The notes under the pieces: generated by a model
Seen by the model: only the letters and a program-made list of their open reading frames with translations
What the model was told of the DNA's origin: nothing
Database searches by the model: none
Part shown: positions 19,776 to 30,847 of the stretch, piece by piece
Layout of the letters: the number at the start of each line of letters is the position of its first letter
Position numbering within the stretch: the first letter of the stretch is position 1
Made by a program: the position numbers and the translations under genes
Assembly (NCBI GenBank): GCA_965223345.1
Contig: CBDCWG010000012.1
Location: forward strand, 1,440,001 to 1,504,000
Source: Nitrospinales bacterium
GTDB lineage: Bacteria > Nitrospinota > Nitrospinia > Nitrospinales > VA-1
Length of the DNA stretch: 64,000 bases
Direction of reading: 5' to 3'

Positions 19776-22565
19776 ATGGCATTTCGTGAACAACTGACAA
19801 ACACGAGTACGGACCATCCGATCCGGATCACTCTGCTGATGCTCTTCCTATGTCTCGGGCTTGCGCTGCAGATTCCCAACATAAAAATCGACACCGACCC
19901 GGAAAACATGCTTTCAGAAGACGAAAGTGTGCGGGTGTTTCACAATCAGGTTAAAAAAGAGTTCACCCTGTACGACATGATCGTCCTGGGGGTGGTCAAT
20001 GAAGACAATCCGGACGGGGTGTTCAATCCGGAAACGCTTGCAAAAATTTTCCAGTTGACCCGACAGATCGAGCAGATCGAAGGGGTGATTCCCATCGATC
20101 TTCTTGCCCCTTCGAAAGTGGACGACATCCAACAGGCGGGATTGGGCACCGTGCGCTTCGAATGGCTGATGTCCAAACCTCCCGAAACCCGCGAGGAAGC
20201 CCTACGCATCCGGGATCGGGCGAAGGCAAACCCCATGCTCTACGGTACCCTGCTCTCGGAGGATGGCAAGGCTCTCTGTCTGTATATTCCCATCGAAGCC
20301 AAGGACATGAGCTACCGGATTGCCTCGCAGATCCGTGATTTCACCGAGCGGTTTGCGGGCGAGGAGCAATACCATATCACGGGCCTGCCGGTTGCAGAAG
20401 ACACATTCGGGGTGGAGATGTTCAAACAGATGGCCGTATCCGCTCCGCTGGCCGGGCTGTTCATTTTCATCCTGATGTGGTTTTTTTTCCGCAACGCTGT
20501 GCTGATTCTATCGGCGATGATCGTCGCCGTGGTGACAGTGCTGTGCACCATGGGCCTGCTGATCGGGACGGGGCACACTGTACACATCATGAGTTCCATG
20601 ATCCCGATCTTCCTGATGCCCATCGCTGTCGTCGACTCGATCCACATCTTGAGCGAGTTTTTCGACCGGTACCCGCATTTCAAGGACCGGCGCAAGACCA
20701 TCCACTACGTCATGCAGGATCTGTTCAATCCCATGCTGTTCACCAGTCTCACCTCCACCGCCGGTTTCGCTTCGCTCGCCCTGACCCCGATCCCTCCCGT
20801 ACGGGTGTTCGGGCTGTTTGTCGCTTTCGGCATCATGCTGGCCTGGTTTCTCACCATCACCTTCATCCCGGCCTATGTGATGCTCCTCAAGGAGTCCTCA
20901 CTGGAAAAATTCGGCAGGCCCAAAGACATCACCATGCCCTCGCTTTTGGAAAGGCTTCTGGAAAAGACCGGCGTCTGGACTTACCGGCGATCAAAATGGA
21001 TCTTGACCGTCACCGGGATCGTGCTGGTGCTGGCAGTAATCGGAATCACCACCATTGTTGTGAATGACAATCCTGTAAAGTGGTTTGAGGATAAGCACCC
21101 TATCCGGGTCGCAGACCGGGTTTTGAATGAACATTTTGGCGGTACGTACATGGCCTACCTGGTGCTTGATGAAAAAAGCGACGCAACCGCTTTACGGCAG
21201 TCTGTAATAGATATGGAAGAAGCTCTGGCCCGTAGGGTCGAGGAAACCCGGTCCTTCCTTCCAGCCATCCAGCAAGCGGGCAAGGAGGCACAAACCCTGT
21301 TGCGAAAGCAGATTGAATCTCAAAAGAGAGAGCAAAACGGATCACTGGCGGATCTTTTATGGGCACTGGAAAAAACAGCCGGTCAAAAGGTAGAAAGCAA
21401 AATTCCTGAAATTGCGGAAGCCTGGGAAGAACTCGGTCTGTTTTTCAACGAACAGCGAGTGAGAGCCCAACCTTTCAAGAAACCCGAAGTGCTGCGCTAT
21501 GTGCAATCGTTGCAGCAGGCATTACTCGAAACCGGTGTGGTGGGCAAATCCAGCTCTGTGGTGGACGTCATCCGCAAGGTCCATTATGAACTGATGGAGG
21601 GAGACAAGGAATTCGACCGTATTCCGGATACCGCCCCCGCGGTGGCGCAGACTCTTCTTTCCTACCAGAACAGCCACGATCCCGATGATCTCTGGCATCT
21701 CGTCACGCCGGACTATCAAAAAGCCAATCTCTGGATTCAATTGCAAAGCGGCGACAACCGGGATATGGAAAAAGTCGCCAAATCGGTGGATCGGTTCTTT
21801 GAGGAGAACGCGCCCCCCATCCCCTTGAGTCATAACTGGGCCGGCCTCACTTATCTGAACGTGATCTGGCAGGAAAAAATGGTCCGCGGAATGATCCGCT
21901 CGCTTTCGGGAAGTTTCATCATCGTTCTGCTCATGGTGGTCTTTCTATTCCGCTCCCCGCTATGGGGTTTGCTCTGCATGGTGCCGCTGACCGTGACCAT
22001 CCTTTTCATCTACGGAATGATCGGTTTTGCGGGAAAAGAATACGATATGCCCATCGCCGTCCTGTCCGCCATGACACTGGGCCTGTCTGTGGATTTTGCG
22101 ATCCATTTCCTCGAACGGTCCCGGCAGGCTTACAGCGACGCAGGCAACGACTGGCAGTCCGCCTCAGGCAGAATGTTCGGCGAACCGGGCCGCGCCATTT
22201 CCCGCAACATTTTGGTGATCGCCATCGGCTTCACCCCGCTCATGATCGCCCCCTTGGTTCCTTACAAGACAGTGGGGTTTTTCCTGGCGGCCATCATGTT
22301 CGTTTCCGGAGCGGCCACACTCATCATCCTTCCGGCCCTGATCCGCACACTGAGAAAGATGTTGTTCGAACCCCCGAACGCCTTGCAGAAATTCTGCCGC
22401 CCCGCAACCTGCGTCACGACTTCTTTCATCGCCATCCTGATCATCACTTATGGAATTCAACAATTTGGTGTCGAGGGGTGGCAACCCATCGTCTGGGTCG
22501 TGGCTTTCGGCATTGTCGCCGCAGCCCTGATCTGCCACTTTCTGTCCAGGAGAAAACCGTGTTAA
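19776..22565 (+). CDS. MMPL/RND family inner-membrane transporter
   Basis: Two repeats of large periplasmic domain plus TM bundle; VDSIHI and VDFAIHF motifs. Confidence 0.9.
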   Translation: MAFREQLTNTSTDHPIRITLLMLFLCLGLALQIPNIKIDTDPENMLSEDESVRVFHNQVKKEFTLYDMIVLGVVNEDNPDGVFNPETLAKIFQLTRQIEQIEGVIPIDLLAPSKVDDIQQAGLGTVRFEWLMSKPPETREEALRIRDRAKANPMLYGTLLSEDGKALCLYIPIEAKDMSYRIASQIRDFTERFAGEEQYHITGLPVAEDTFGVEMFKQMAVSAPLAGLFIFILMWFFFRNAVLILSAMIVAVVTVLCTMGLLIGTGHTVHIMSSMIPIFLMPIAVVDSIHILSEFFDRYPHFKDRRKTIHYVMQDLFNPMLFTSLTSTAGFASLALTPIPPVRVFGLFVAFGIMLAWFLTITFIPAYVMLLKESSLEKFGRPKDITMPSLLERLLEKTGVWTYRRSKWILTVTGIVLVLAVIGITTIVVNDNPVKWFEDKHPIRVADRVLNEHFGGTYMAYLVLDEKSDATALRQSVIDMEEALARRVEETRSFLPAIQQAGKEAQTLLRKQIESQKREQNGSLADLLWALEKTAGQKVESKIPEIAEAWEELGLFFNEQRVRAQPFKKPEVLRYVQSLQQALLETGVVGKSSSVVDVIRKVHYELMEGDKEFDRIPDTAPAVAQTLLSYQNSHDPDDLWHLVTPDYQKANLWIQLQSGDNRDMEKVAKSVDRFFEENAPPIPLSHNWAGLTYLNVIWQEKMVRGMIRSLSGSFIIVLLMVVFLFRSPLWGLLCMVPLTVTILFIYGMIGFAGKEYDMPIAVLSAMTLGLSVDFAIHFLERSRQAYSDAGNDWQSASGRMFGEPGRAISRNILVIAIGFTPLMIAPLVPYKTVGFFLAAIMFVSGAATLIILPALIRTLRKMLFEPPNALQKFCRPATCVTTSFIAILIITYGIQQFGVEGWQPIVWVVAFGIVAAALICHFLSRRKPC

Positions 22566-22590
22566 TTTCCCAGGCAGGAGGTAAACTAAG

Positions 22591-23436
22591 ATGGGAAATC
22601 CGCAAATTCTGATGAGGAACAGAGTTATGCCATTGAAACTAAAATGCCCGATCGGCCTATTTATTATTTTGGTTCTGGGAGTGGCGGCGAATTCCGCAGG
22701 AGCGGAGCCCAAGGCACCGCCGGTGGACGAGATCGTTCATAAATCCAACCTCGCTTCCTATTATGAAGGCAAAGATGGTCGAGCCCAGGTGGACATGACC
22801 ATCACCGATTCACAGGGCAGAAGCCGCAACCGGAAATTCACCATCCTCAGAATGGATAAAGAAGATGGTGGAGAGCAGAAATTTTATGTGTATTTCCACC
22901 GCCCTGCGGACGTACGCAATACCGTCTTCATGGTCTGGAAGCATCCGGGGAAAGACGACGACCGCTGGCTGTACCTTCCGGGCCTGGATCTGGTCAAACG
23001 TATTTCTGCCGGGGACAAGCGCACCAGTTTTGTGGGTTCCAACTTCTTCTATGAAGACGTTTCCGGCAGAGATCCCGATGAGGATACCCATACGATCACC
23101 GAAGTCACAGACGCCTTCTACGTCCTGAAAAATATTCCTAAGAATCCGGGAGATGTGGAATTCGGCCACTACATTCTCTGGATCGACAAATCCAATTTTC
23201 TGCCCATGAAGGCGGAGTATTTCGACAAAAGTGGAAAAAAATACCGGGTGGTGGAAGCCCTGGAAGTCAAAGACATTCAGGGACATCCCACCGTCACCAA
23301 AGCCCGGGTTCAGGACCTGAATACGGGCGGCAACACCGTATCTGAATTTGATTCCATCAAATACGACCTCGGTCTCAAGGAATCGATCTTCACCGAAAGA
23401 TACCTCAGGCGGCCGCCGAGGCGGTGGCTCAAGTAA
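22591..23436 (+). CDS. Outer membrane lipoprotein-sorting (LolA-like) protein
   Basis: DDDRWLYLPGLDLVKRIS...SFVGSNFFYED; follows the MMPL gene. Confidence 0.85.
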   Translation: MGNPQILMRNRVMPLKLKCPIGLFIILVLGVAANSAGAEPKAPPVDEIVHKSNLASYYEGKDGRAQVDMTITDSQGRSRNRKFTILRMDKEDGGEQKFYVYFHRPADVRNTVFMVWKHPGKDDDRWLYLPGLDLVKRISAGDKRTSFVGSNFFYEDVSGRDPDEDTHTITEVTDAFYVLKNIPKNPGDVEFGHYILWIDKSNFLPMKAEYFDKSGKKYRVVEALEVKDIQGHPTVTKARVQDLNTGGNTVSEFDSIKYDLGLKESIFTERYLRRPPRRWLK

Positions 23437-24738
23437 ATGTCATTTGTTCAGACCACCATGAAGCGAATGATCCTGCGGTGCCTGCTTTTGATTCTGATGT
23501 CTATCGCTGTGTCTCTCCCCGGGGGTCACGCATCGGCGTCAGACGTTTTGGGGTTGGAGATTCCTTTTCAGTTGCACGGCTTTGTTGAAGAAGCAGGTGG
23601 CATCCGCACACAGAACGACCCCCAGCAGGAGAAGGATTTCATCCTGGGTGAGCTGCGCGCACAGATTGAAGCCTCAAAAGGGATGGAGTGGGGAGAGTTC
23701 AAATTCCGCGGTGACTTTCTTCACGACCAAACTCAGGAGAGATTCGATTTTGACCTGAGAGAAGCCAACCTGCTGTTCTATCCCACAGATTTTCTCGATA
23801 TCAAAGTTGGACGCCAGATCCTCACCTGGGGAACCGGCGATCTGATTTTTTTAAACGATCTGTTCCCAAAGGATTTCGAATCGTTTTTCATCGGTCGAGA
23901 CGAAGTGTACCTGAAGGCCCCCTCGGACGCCGTCAAATTCAGCTTCTATCCGCAGATTGCCAATATTGATCTGGTCTGGACACCCGCCTTCGATCCGGAC
24001 CGGTTCATTACCGGCAGACGGCTCTCTTTTTTCAATGGCATTCTTGGAAGAAAGGCGGGAAACGGCGATCGTGTCAACTTCGACGCGCCCGACCGCTGGG
24101 TTTCGGATTCGGAGCTGGCGCTGCGAGTATTCAAAAATGTCAAAGGGTATGAGTTGGCTCTGTACGGGTATTACGGATTTTTCAAAAACCCCGGCGGATC
24201 GAACGCGGAAGGTGGTGCGACTTTTCCGCGGCTGGCTGTGTACGGAGCCAGTGTCCGCGGGGAAATCCTCGATGGCATCGGCAATCTGGAGATCGCCTAC
24301 CGGGATTCACTGGAAGACAAGGCGGGGACCGTCCCCAATGTGAATAACAGCCAGTTCCGGTTCCTGGCCGGTTACACACGGGAACTGTTTCAGAATTTCA
24401 CGCTCGGGCTACAGTACAATCTCGAACACAACATGCATCACGATGAATTCATCCGCAACCTGCCTGCCGGCGCCTTTCCGATCGATGAAAACCGCCACGT
24501 GACCACGGTACGTTTCACATGGCTCACCCTGCAGCAGAATTTGGTTTTTTCCCTGTTCACCTTCTATTCCCCTTCGGACGGCGATGCACACTTGCGGCCC
24601 AGTGTGCTTTACAAGATCAGCGATTTCTGGTCCGCTACGCTGGGCGCTCACATTTTCACGGGAGCCAGCGACAGGACTTTTTTCGGTCAACTCGAAGACA
24701 ACACCAATGTATACGCCCGGCTTCGCTACAGCTTTTGA
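23437..24738 (+). CDS. Probable outer-membrane beta-barrel protein
   Basis: Signal peptide, LREAN...VGRQILTWG, C-terminal RLRYSF. Confidence 0.75.
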   Translation: MSFVQTTMKRMILRCLLLILMSIAVSLPGGHASASDVLGLEIPFQLHGFVEEAGGIRTQNDPQQEKDFILGELRAQIEASKGMEWGEFKFRGDFLHDQTQERFDFDLREANLLFYPTDFLDIKVGRQILTWGTGDLIFLNDLFPKDFESFFIGRDEVYLKAPSDAVKFSFYPQIANIDLVWTPAFDPDRFITGRRLSFFNGILGRKAGNGDRVNFDAPDRWVSDSELALRVFKNVKGYELALYGYYGFFKNPGGSNAEGGATFPRLAVYGASVRGEILDGIGNLEIAYRDSLEDKAGTVPNVNNSQFRFLAGYTRELFQNFTLGLQYNLEHNMHHDEFIRNLPAGAFPIDENRHVTTVRFTWLTLQQNLVFSLFTFYSPSDGDAHLRPSVLYKISDFWSATLGAHIFTGASDRTFFGQLEDNTNVYARLRYSF

Positions 24739-24755
24739 GCGAAAGGAGAAATCAC

Positions 24756-24956
24756 ATGGAAATGGAGCGCTGGATACGATTGATCGCAGGTTCTTTCATC
24801 ATTATCAGCGTCGCTCTCACAGTGTGGGTGAACCCTTGGTGGTTGCTGTTCACTGCGTTTGTGGGCATTAACCTGTTTCAGTCGGCTCTTACCCGTTGGT
24901 GCCTGATGGAAAAAATCCTCAAGCGGTTCGGGGTCAAGTACTCTCGGCCATCCTAA
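24756..24956 (+). CDS. DUF2892/YgaP-like small membrane protein
   Basis: MEMERWIRLIAG...FVGINLFQSALTRWCLM; AGGAG RBS. Confidence 0.85.
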   Translation: MEMERWIRLIAGSFIIISVALTVWVNPWWLLFTAFVGINLFQSALTRWCLMEKILKRFGVKYSRPS

Positions 24957-24982
24957 CTTAAATAATAAAAGGCGGGCAAGAT

Positions 24983-25090
24983 ATAAGACGCTATCCGTTA
25001 GAAAAAACAGCAGAGGTTCGCAGGTATGTCGACACAGGGCTCAAAAAGGGAAATGTAATCATAACTTTGGAACACAATAATAAAATCTAA
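24983..25090 (+). pseudogene. C-terminal fragment of an MDR/quinone-oxidoreductase-like gene
   Basis: Reads IRRYPLEKTAEVRRYVDTGLKKGNVIITL...*, resembling the IDRxYPLExxxEAHRYVDTGHKKGNVVI C-terminus of that family. Confidence 0.65.
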
Positions 25091-25156
25091 CAAAGCGTTG
25101 CCTCTGACCGCTATTCCGCGGCCTTTCATGGTGGCACATGAGCTTAGTCGTAAATG
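25085..25156 (+). other. Degenerate integron attC site
   Basis: R'' ATCTAAC overlaps the stop codon; imperfect internal palindrome; R' degraded to GTAAATG. Confidence 0.6.
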
Positions 25157-25209
25157 TCCGCTTTTGGCCGATAACAGACACATCTGCTAACGACCCCAAA
25201 GCGGACATT
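25153..25209. repeat. Palindromic boundary element, copy 2
   Basis: 12-bp terminal inverted repeat AATGTCCGCTTT...AAAGCGGACATT. Confidence 0.75.
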
Positions 25210-25300
25210 CTCATAAAGTAAGTTTCTCTTACAAATATACCTCGATCAAAACTCCAACTTTGGACCTTATTCTTTTGAATACATACAGCCTCTTTATATC

Positions 25301-28300
25301 CTATATTTTCACTAGATTTATTTTGGTGTCAGAAAAAGAGGAACTTCCTCCAATCGGGTCGGTGAGGCAAGTTGCCGTGTTGTATCGATCCAACCGCATG
25401 ACGGCATTGGGACAGGTTCCCCGCCCACGGTTGGGATCTCCAGGAATTGTTTTGCCGTCTATGACAACATCTTTCGCTCCATAGGCCCAATGGCCATAAT
25501 GAAAGGAAACAGCGACAACTCCTGGTCGCAGGCCTTCCACCAGCTTTAACGAACTTTCCACAGGCAAATCTCCCGCGTAAGGTTCCAGGGGCCAGATCCC
25601 TTCCGGGTTGGTCGCGGATATCAGTTTGACCCGATCCCCGTCTTTCCAACCTCGTTGTTTCGCATCCTGGCTGTTGATCAGGATTTGATTTTCAGGATCG
25701 ACGGACACATTGCTCCAGGTTTGGGAATTGGTCCTGGAATTCCCTCCGATAATGGATTTATACGTTATCAATGAAAATGGAAATTGATCCACCGGGTCCT
25801 CAACGGGGGTGCCGTCGCTATGCAATGCAGGTTCATATCGCGGCAGACCCTCAAAATATTTTCCAGTGACGCTGTTTTTAGTCACAGCTATGTCTTCCAA
25901 ATAAAGATTGAGGAGCTTGCCAAAGCGATGACTCATGTAATCCCCCTTATAGGCATCATCGAAGGCTTCAAACCGGCCGCCTCGATTGAGGATATAAACC
26001 ACTTTTTTCCACAAATCGGGTTGTACGGCCAACTTCCATTTTTCGACATCGAAAACCGATGCTGGAAGATGCTTGCGGGCCTTCAGGAAAATTTCCATTT
26101 CCTCTGCATCAGTGTCCGGCACAGAGATACCGCGCATGGCGATATTGGCAACCAGCTTTAAATAGAAATCCTCCGGGCGCTTAAGATCCCTTCCGGGCCC
26201 GAATCCATTTGACCCAAATCCCGGCATACCCAGTTTTTCGGAGATGGCCAGCATGATGGCTTCCATGGAAATGGGCATCTTTTCTCCAGCGGCGTCGATC
26301 TCTTCTGGAAAAGGCGGAGCCGCGGGCTGCCGGATTCCGGAAGTTTTCACCGAAGGTTGCGGGTTGTCGAACGGCATTCCCCAGCGTTCGAAGAAAGTGA
26401 GGTCGGGAAAAACATAGTCCGCAAACACGGTGGTTTCACCCAGGACCACGTCATCCACAAAAACCAAGGGGATGATGGAAGGATCCTTCAAAATCCGGAT
26501 GAATTCGCCACCGCCGGGGCTGGCGTAGGCGGGAGTTCCTTTATGGATCCAAAGGCATTTTAACGGGTATGGGTATTTTGCCTCGGCGGACGGAATGATC
26601 TCGTGGTAAACATCCTTGGTGAAAGGATACCATGGCCGTTTGGCGGGATAACCATGTTGGGTGATCAGGGTGGAATCCTCGTAGCGAACCTTTTCACGGG
26701 TGATCGGTACGCCAAACTTGCTAAGACCCCCGGGATTCATTCCTTTTGTCAAATCGTAAGGCTGACCCGGATTTCCACCCATGGACTGCCAATGACCGCC
26801 ACCATCGGACATTCCTCCTTTCCAATCCTGGTTGCCAATCAAAATATTGAGAGAGAGAATAGCTTTCTCGGCGTTATAGCCGTTGGTATGTTGCCCGGCG
26901 CCCCGGTAACGATCGATACCGGCTTTCTTTCCATGCTTGGTGAACTCATCGGCGAGTTGGACAATATCTTCCACCTGAACCCCTGCCAGTTTGGCGTATT
27001 CCTCAAGGGATTTTTCCTCGGCGCTCTCACGCAAAATTGTGAACACGCTTTTAACCGGTATCCCTTTGACCAATTGGTCCACCTGTAAAACCCCATGGTC
27101 CACCGCTTCACTGGATTGCGGTCCCTGCCTGGTCATCACCACGCGGGTACCGGGAGGCAGGCCGATATCTTCCGTAACGAGAAATTTTCTTGTGTCGCTC
27201 CTCACCAGGTGAGTGGCATCGCAAAAAGTAGGTTCCTCATCTTTTTCCGCAGCTGCCTTATTGGCATTTTCAAGATACTTCCGGTCGTAGCGTTCATTTT
27301 CAATCATCCATCGCATCATTCCCAGTGCCAGGGCGATGTCCTGACCGGGTTCGATAGGAACCCATTTCCAGGCCTTTGCCGCGGTGTGGCTGAGGCGCGG
27401 ATCGATGACGGCGATCTTAAGTTGACCTTTTTCCATGGCCTCGGTCACCATGTTGGCGATCGCGGTACACCCGAAGTTGGCCTCGAAGGCCCCGGTACCC
27501 CAGAAAATCACGAACTCGGAATTGAGGAAGTCCGGTTTCAAGAGGACCTTGCCTTTTTTCTTCACAGGGTCCCAGGTGGTCCGCTCCGAGGCGCTCCAGT
27601 GGGAGCGTCCGCAGATAGAGGTGTGATCCATCCAGTTGATCGAACCCAATCCCTCATAGGTCCATCGCTGGGCGAAATCGGCCCGGCCTTTTTGAATGCG
27701 TCCGGCCATGAAGCAGAATTGATTGTTTTTGGGACCGAGGTCGGGATGTTTGGGATCAACGAGAACATCGAGATGTTCGGCATGTTTACTTTGAAATTCT
27801 TCCACCGTCATGTTTCTTTTACGGATGGCTTCGACATCAGCGGCCATGTCCTTTGCAATTTTTGCATCGCGCAGGACAAATATTTCTTTCAATCCCGGAA
27901 CAGGGCCTTCCCCAAAAAGGTCTCCTCCTTCCACAATTTCTTCAATTGCCTGATCGAAGGAGATGGTTTGCCACTGATTGCTCCCCCTGGGTCCGATCCG
28001 CTTGAGGGTGTGTCGAATTCTGTAAGGATCATAATATGTCTGCACTCCCGCCTGTCCCTTGGGGCACAAATGCCCGTCCACTCTTGCGGATTCGGCCGGC
28101 TTGGTTTCGAATGGAATGTTGGGCAGAAACGTTTTCGCGGCATAGGGATTGCCGTCGATTTTTACCAGCACGCCGTCCTGAAACTTGGTCTTCATGGGAC
28201 ATCGAATATGGCAATTCAGGCAAACAGAATAAATGACATTTTCCGGTTGGGCTAAATCATAGGGTTGGAAAGCATCTGGTTGATCCAGCGACAGCAGACC

Positions 28301-28426
28301 GCCCAACTCGCCGACTTTCGAACAGCCGGCCAGAACCGCCCCTCCTGCACCGGCCCAGGCAACCGTTTTCAGGAATTCCCGTCGGTCCATCCTTTTTCCA
28401 TTCTTTTTTATTTTTGAGCTTTTCAT
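25301..28426 (-). CDS. Molybdopterin oxidoreductase catalytic subunit, TtrA/SrdA-like (tetrathionate/selenate reductase family)
   Basis: Tat signal DRREFLK with LAGC lipobox, CLNCHIRC...CPKG Fe-S motif, HTSICG, C-terminal MGD-binding domain; 1041 aa. Confidence 0.85.
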   Translation of the reverse strand: MKSSKIKKNGKRMDRREFLKTVAWAGAGGAVLAGCSKVGELGGLLSLDQPDAFQPYDLAQPENVIYSVCLNCHIRCPMKTKFQDGVLVKIDGNPYAAKTFLPNIPFETKPAESARVDGHLCPKGQAGVQTYYDPYRIRHTLKRIGPRGSNQWQTISFDQAIEEIVEGGDLFGEGPVPGLKEIFVLRDAKIAKDMAADVEAIRKRNMTVEEFQSKHAEHLDVLVDPKHPDLGPKNNQFCFMAGRIQKGRADFAQRWTYEGLGSINWMDHTSICGRSHWSASERTTWDPVKKKGKVLLKPDFLNSEFVIFWGTGAFEANFGCTAIANMVTEAMEKGQLKIAVIDPRLSHTAAKAWKWVPIEPGQDIALALGMMRWMIENERYDRKYLENANKAAAEKDEEPTFCDATHLVRSDTRKFLVTEDIGLPPGTRVVMTRQGPQSSEAVDHGVLQVDQLVKGIPVKSVFTILRESAEEKSLEEYAKLAGVQVEDIVQLADEFTKHGKKAGIDRYRGAGQHTNGYNAEKAILSLNILIGNQDWKGGMSDGGGHWQSMGGNPGQPYDLTKGMNPGGLSKFGVPITREKVRYEDSTLITQHGYPAKRPWYPFTKDVYHEIIPSAEAKYPYPLKCLWIHKGTPAYASPGGGEFIRILKDPSIIPLVFVDDVVLGETTVFADYVFPDLTFFERWGMPFDNPQPSVKTSGIRQPAAPPFPEEIDAAGEKMPISMEAIMLAISEKLGMPGFGSNGFGPGRDLKRPEDFYLKLVANIAMRGISVPDTDAEEMEIFLKARKHLPASVFDVEKWKLAVQPDLWKKVVYILNRGGRFEAFDDAYKGDYMSHRFGKLLNLYLEDIAVTKNSVTGKYFEGLPRYEPALHSDGTPVEDPVDQFPFSLITYKSIIGGNSRTNSQTWSNVSVDPENQILINSQDAKQRGWKDGDRVKLISATNPEGIWPLEPYAGDLPVESSLKLVEGLRPGVVAVSFHYGHWAYGAKDVVIDGKTIPGDPNRGRGTCPNAVMRLDRYNTATCLTDPIGGSSSFSDTKINLVKI

Positions 28427-28444
28427 ACGATATTCAACCCCTGA

Positions 28445-29596
28445 TTATTTATTCAAAGACCCATGGAAAACCCTTCTGCCAAAAAAACCGCTTAGAATCA
28501 GGTAGGCTAAAATGAATAGCGCCAACAGGCCCAGGAACACGACTGTTTCAAGCAGGTTTGGCCATGTTCCCGATGCGGCGAGCCGGTTGCCATGATAAAT
28601 GGTTTCCATGCCATTCAACTCAGGAACCACCGACTGCGGGATCAAGACATACATGCGGCTCACAAAAATTCCGCCCAGAGCGGACAATCCCACCCAGCTA
28701 AAATATGCGGGTCGTTGACATCGCTTTCCCAACCATCCCAGTGCAATGGGAAGGAAAATGAACAAGCCGATCTGCCCCAACCAGAACATGAATTTATAAT
28801 CACCGAACAGAATGTGGTTAAAAGAATCGCTTCGGGTCATTTCTTCAAAAATAAAAACCATGTAGAGCACAACTGCGAGGAAGAGATATATATTTAAGTT
28901 CCGTGCGAAATTGGAAAACTTTTCGCTTTGTTTACCAGAGAAGCTGAGAAGAGCGAGTCCCATTGCCAATCCCGAAATGACCGCCAGCAACAGATAGGCG
29001 GGGGATGTCAATTCCTTGCTCCACAAATGCTGGGGGAAATGGTTGGCAAATACATTACCGAGATCCCAACTTACCAGCAGGGCCAAAATGAATCCCGTAA
29101 GTCCGACCCATCGGATCGAATTTCCACTTTTTGCGGTTTCCGGTTTCTGCCATAGGTAGAATCCTGCAGCAATCGAAACCATAAAAATGGGATAAAGCCA
29201 GGCTAACCGGGCCATTCCCGTATTCCAATTGGGGTGCAGATACAAGTTTAAAACTTTAAACGGTTGTCCCAGTTCCAGCCAGATGAAAAGGATTCCCCCT
29301 GCCAGGCTGATCAGAGAAACCAGCAGAGCGGGTCCCATCACATTCTGAAATTCTTTTTTCCCAAATACCGCATACAGGCTGGAGAGCAAGACACAGCCTG
29401 CGGAAACACCAATCAGGAAACTGTAGGCCACCACCCAGATTCCCCAGGGTTCAAACGCCGTTAGGGAAGTGACTTTCAATCCCCCTGACACTCGCCAGAA
29501 TGCTCCGACAATCCCCATGAACGAAAGCAGCGTTAATACTGAATAACTCAACAACCGCAACGGGTTCATTTCATTCATGGCATCCTCATTCTTCAC
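28445..29596 (-). CDS. NrfD/PsrC-type membrane anchor (TtrC/SrdC-like)
   Basis: PWGIWV...FLIGVSAG and ELGQP motifs; about 9-10 TM helices. Confidence 0.85.
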   Translation of the reverse strand: MKNEDAMNEMNPLRLLSYSVLTLLSFMGIVGAFWRVSGGLKVTSLTAFEPWGIWVVAYSFLIGVSAGCVLLSSLYAVFGKKEFQNVMGPALLVSLISLAGGILFIWLELGQPFKVLNLYLHPNWNTGMARLAWLYPIFMVSIAAGFYLWQKPETAKSGNSIRWVGLTGFILALLVSWDLGNVFANHFPQHLWSKELTSPAYLLLAVISGLAMGLALLSFSGKQSEKFSNFARNLNIYLFLAVVLYMVFIFEEMTRSDSFNHILFGDYKFMFWLGQIGLFIFLPIALGWLGKRCQRPAYFSWVGLSALGGIFVSRMYVLIPQSVVPELNGMETIYHGNRLAASGTWPNLLETVVFLGLLALFILAYLILSGFFGRRVFHGSLNK

Positions 29597-30500
29597 CTAG
29601 GTAATAGACTCTCGGCTCGGTTCCCAACTCTTCTTTTAATCGCATGACGCGGGGATTTTTAATCAGGGCCGATACCAGACTCTTTGGATTCTCCTTGGGG
29701 CCCGGTCCGAAATAAGTAGCGCCTCCGATGCAAGTCGTCACGCAGGAGGGAAGCATTCCTTCTTCGAGTCGATGCGTGCAAAAATGGCACTTACGGACCA
29801 CGCCGATCGGCGGCTGCCCTGGGGTTCTCTCCCAGTGATTGCCGTATTCAGGAGAGGGAGACGTCTCGTAGGGTTGCAGCGTACTCGGACTATTTCCCGC
29901 ATGGGATTCGCCAAAATCGAAGGTTCGGGCACCATAGGGACAGGCCTTGATACAGGCCCGGCACCCGATGCACCGGTTGTAATTGATGGGCACAATGCCA
30001 TCCTCTTGCTTGTAGGTCGCATTTACGGGGCAAACCGGAACACAGGGCGGATTGTTGCATTGCAGGCAGGGGCGAGGAAGAAAATGCCGGGTCACCTGAG
30101 GATAAGTTCCCACTTCCTCTTCGAAAACAGGACGATACACCACACCCGGAGGAAGATGATTTTCCGCCACGCAAGCCACTGTGCAGGCATGACAACCCAC
30201 ACACTTTTTTAAATCGATCACCATGATCCAGTCCCGGTCCTCCTCCGGTTCCCGCATGGCTTCTTGCACTTCTTTTTGCATTCTCAGGAGATTGTGCTTT
30301 TTGAACTCGGGAAGATCGGGAAAGCTCGGTTTAGATCCAGGTTTAGAAGATTTTGCCAAAACCAGGTTGGGCACCCAAAACTTCAAGGTGGAAAGAAACC
30401 CCAATATCCAGGCCCCAAGCTTAAGAAACCCACGTCTTGAGGGAGAAAATAGATTGTTTCTGTTTTTCAACCTGAGAGAATTCAACATCTTGCTTGCCAT
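29586..30500 (-). CDS. 4x[4Fe-4S] electron transfer subunit (TtrB/SrdB-like)
   Basis: Tat motif [42 protein letters not shown]. Confidence 0.9.
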   Translation of the reverse strand: MASKMLNSLRLKNRNNLFSPSRRGFLKLGAWILGFLSTLKFWVPNLVLAKSSKPGSKPSFPDLPEFKKHNLLRMQKEVQEAMREPEEDRDWIMVIDLKKCVGCHACTVACVAENHLPPGVVYRPVFEEEVGTYPQVTRHFLPRPCLQCNNPPCVPVCPVNATYKQEDGIVPINYNRCIGCRACIKACPYGARTFDFGESHAGNSPSTLQPYETSPSPEYGNHWERTPGQPPIGVVRKCHFCTHRLEEGMLPSCVTTCIGGATYFGPGPKENPKSLVSALIKNPRVMRLKEELGTEPRVYYLGEE

Positions 30501-30847
30501 TCATTAAAATGGTTTAAACCTCAAAGAGGCTCGTCAGAAAAAATTATTGATCTCTATTTTAAGATCCATAAAGTCAATATAAAATTCCCCATTTGTTGGG
30601 TTTGAGTTTTATAAGCAAACATCTTGCAGCGGCCAGGGCAATCTGGAGGGGCCGTTTTTGGCGACAATATTTCGCAAATTGTCTTGGTGTGGGTTGTGGA
30701 GGGAGTGAACGGGGCTGGGGGCCAAAAGGCAAAGATCAGAGTGAAGCTTCCAGCGGCCAACTTATGGCGATCAAATGTCAGCAATCCGCGACGCGATCAT
30801 AAATTTTCCGCATAAAATTCTTCAAATAAGTCTTAATATTAAAAATG

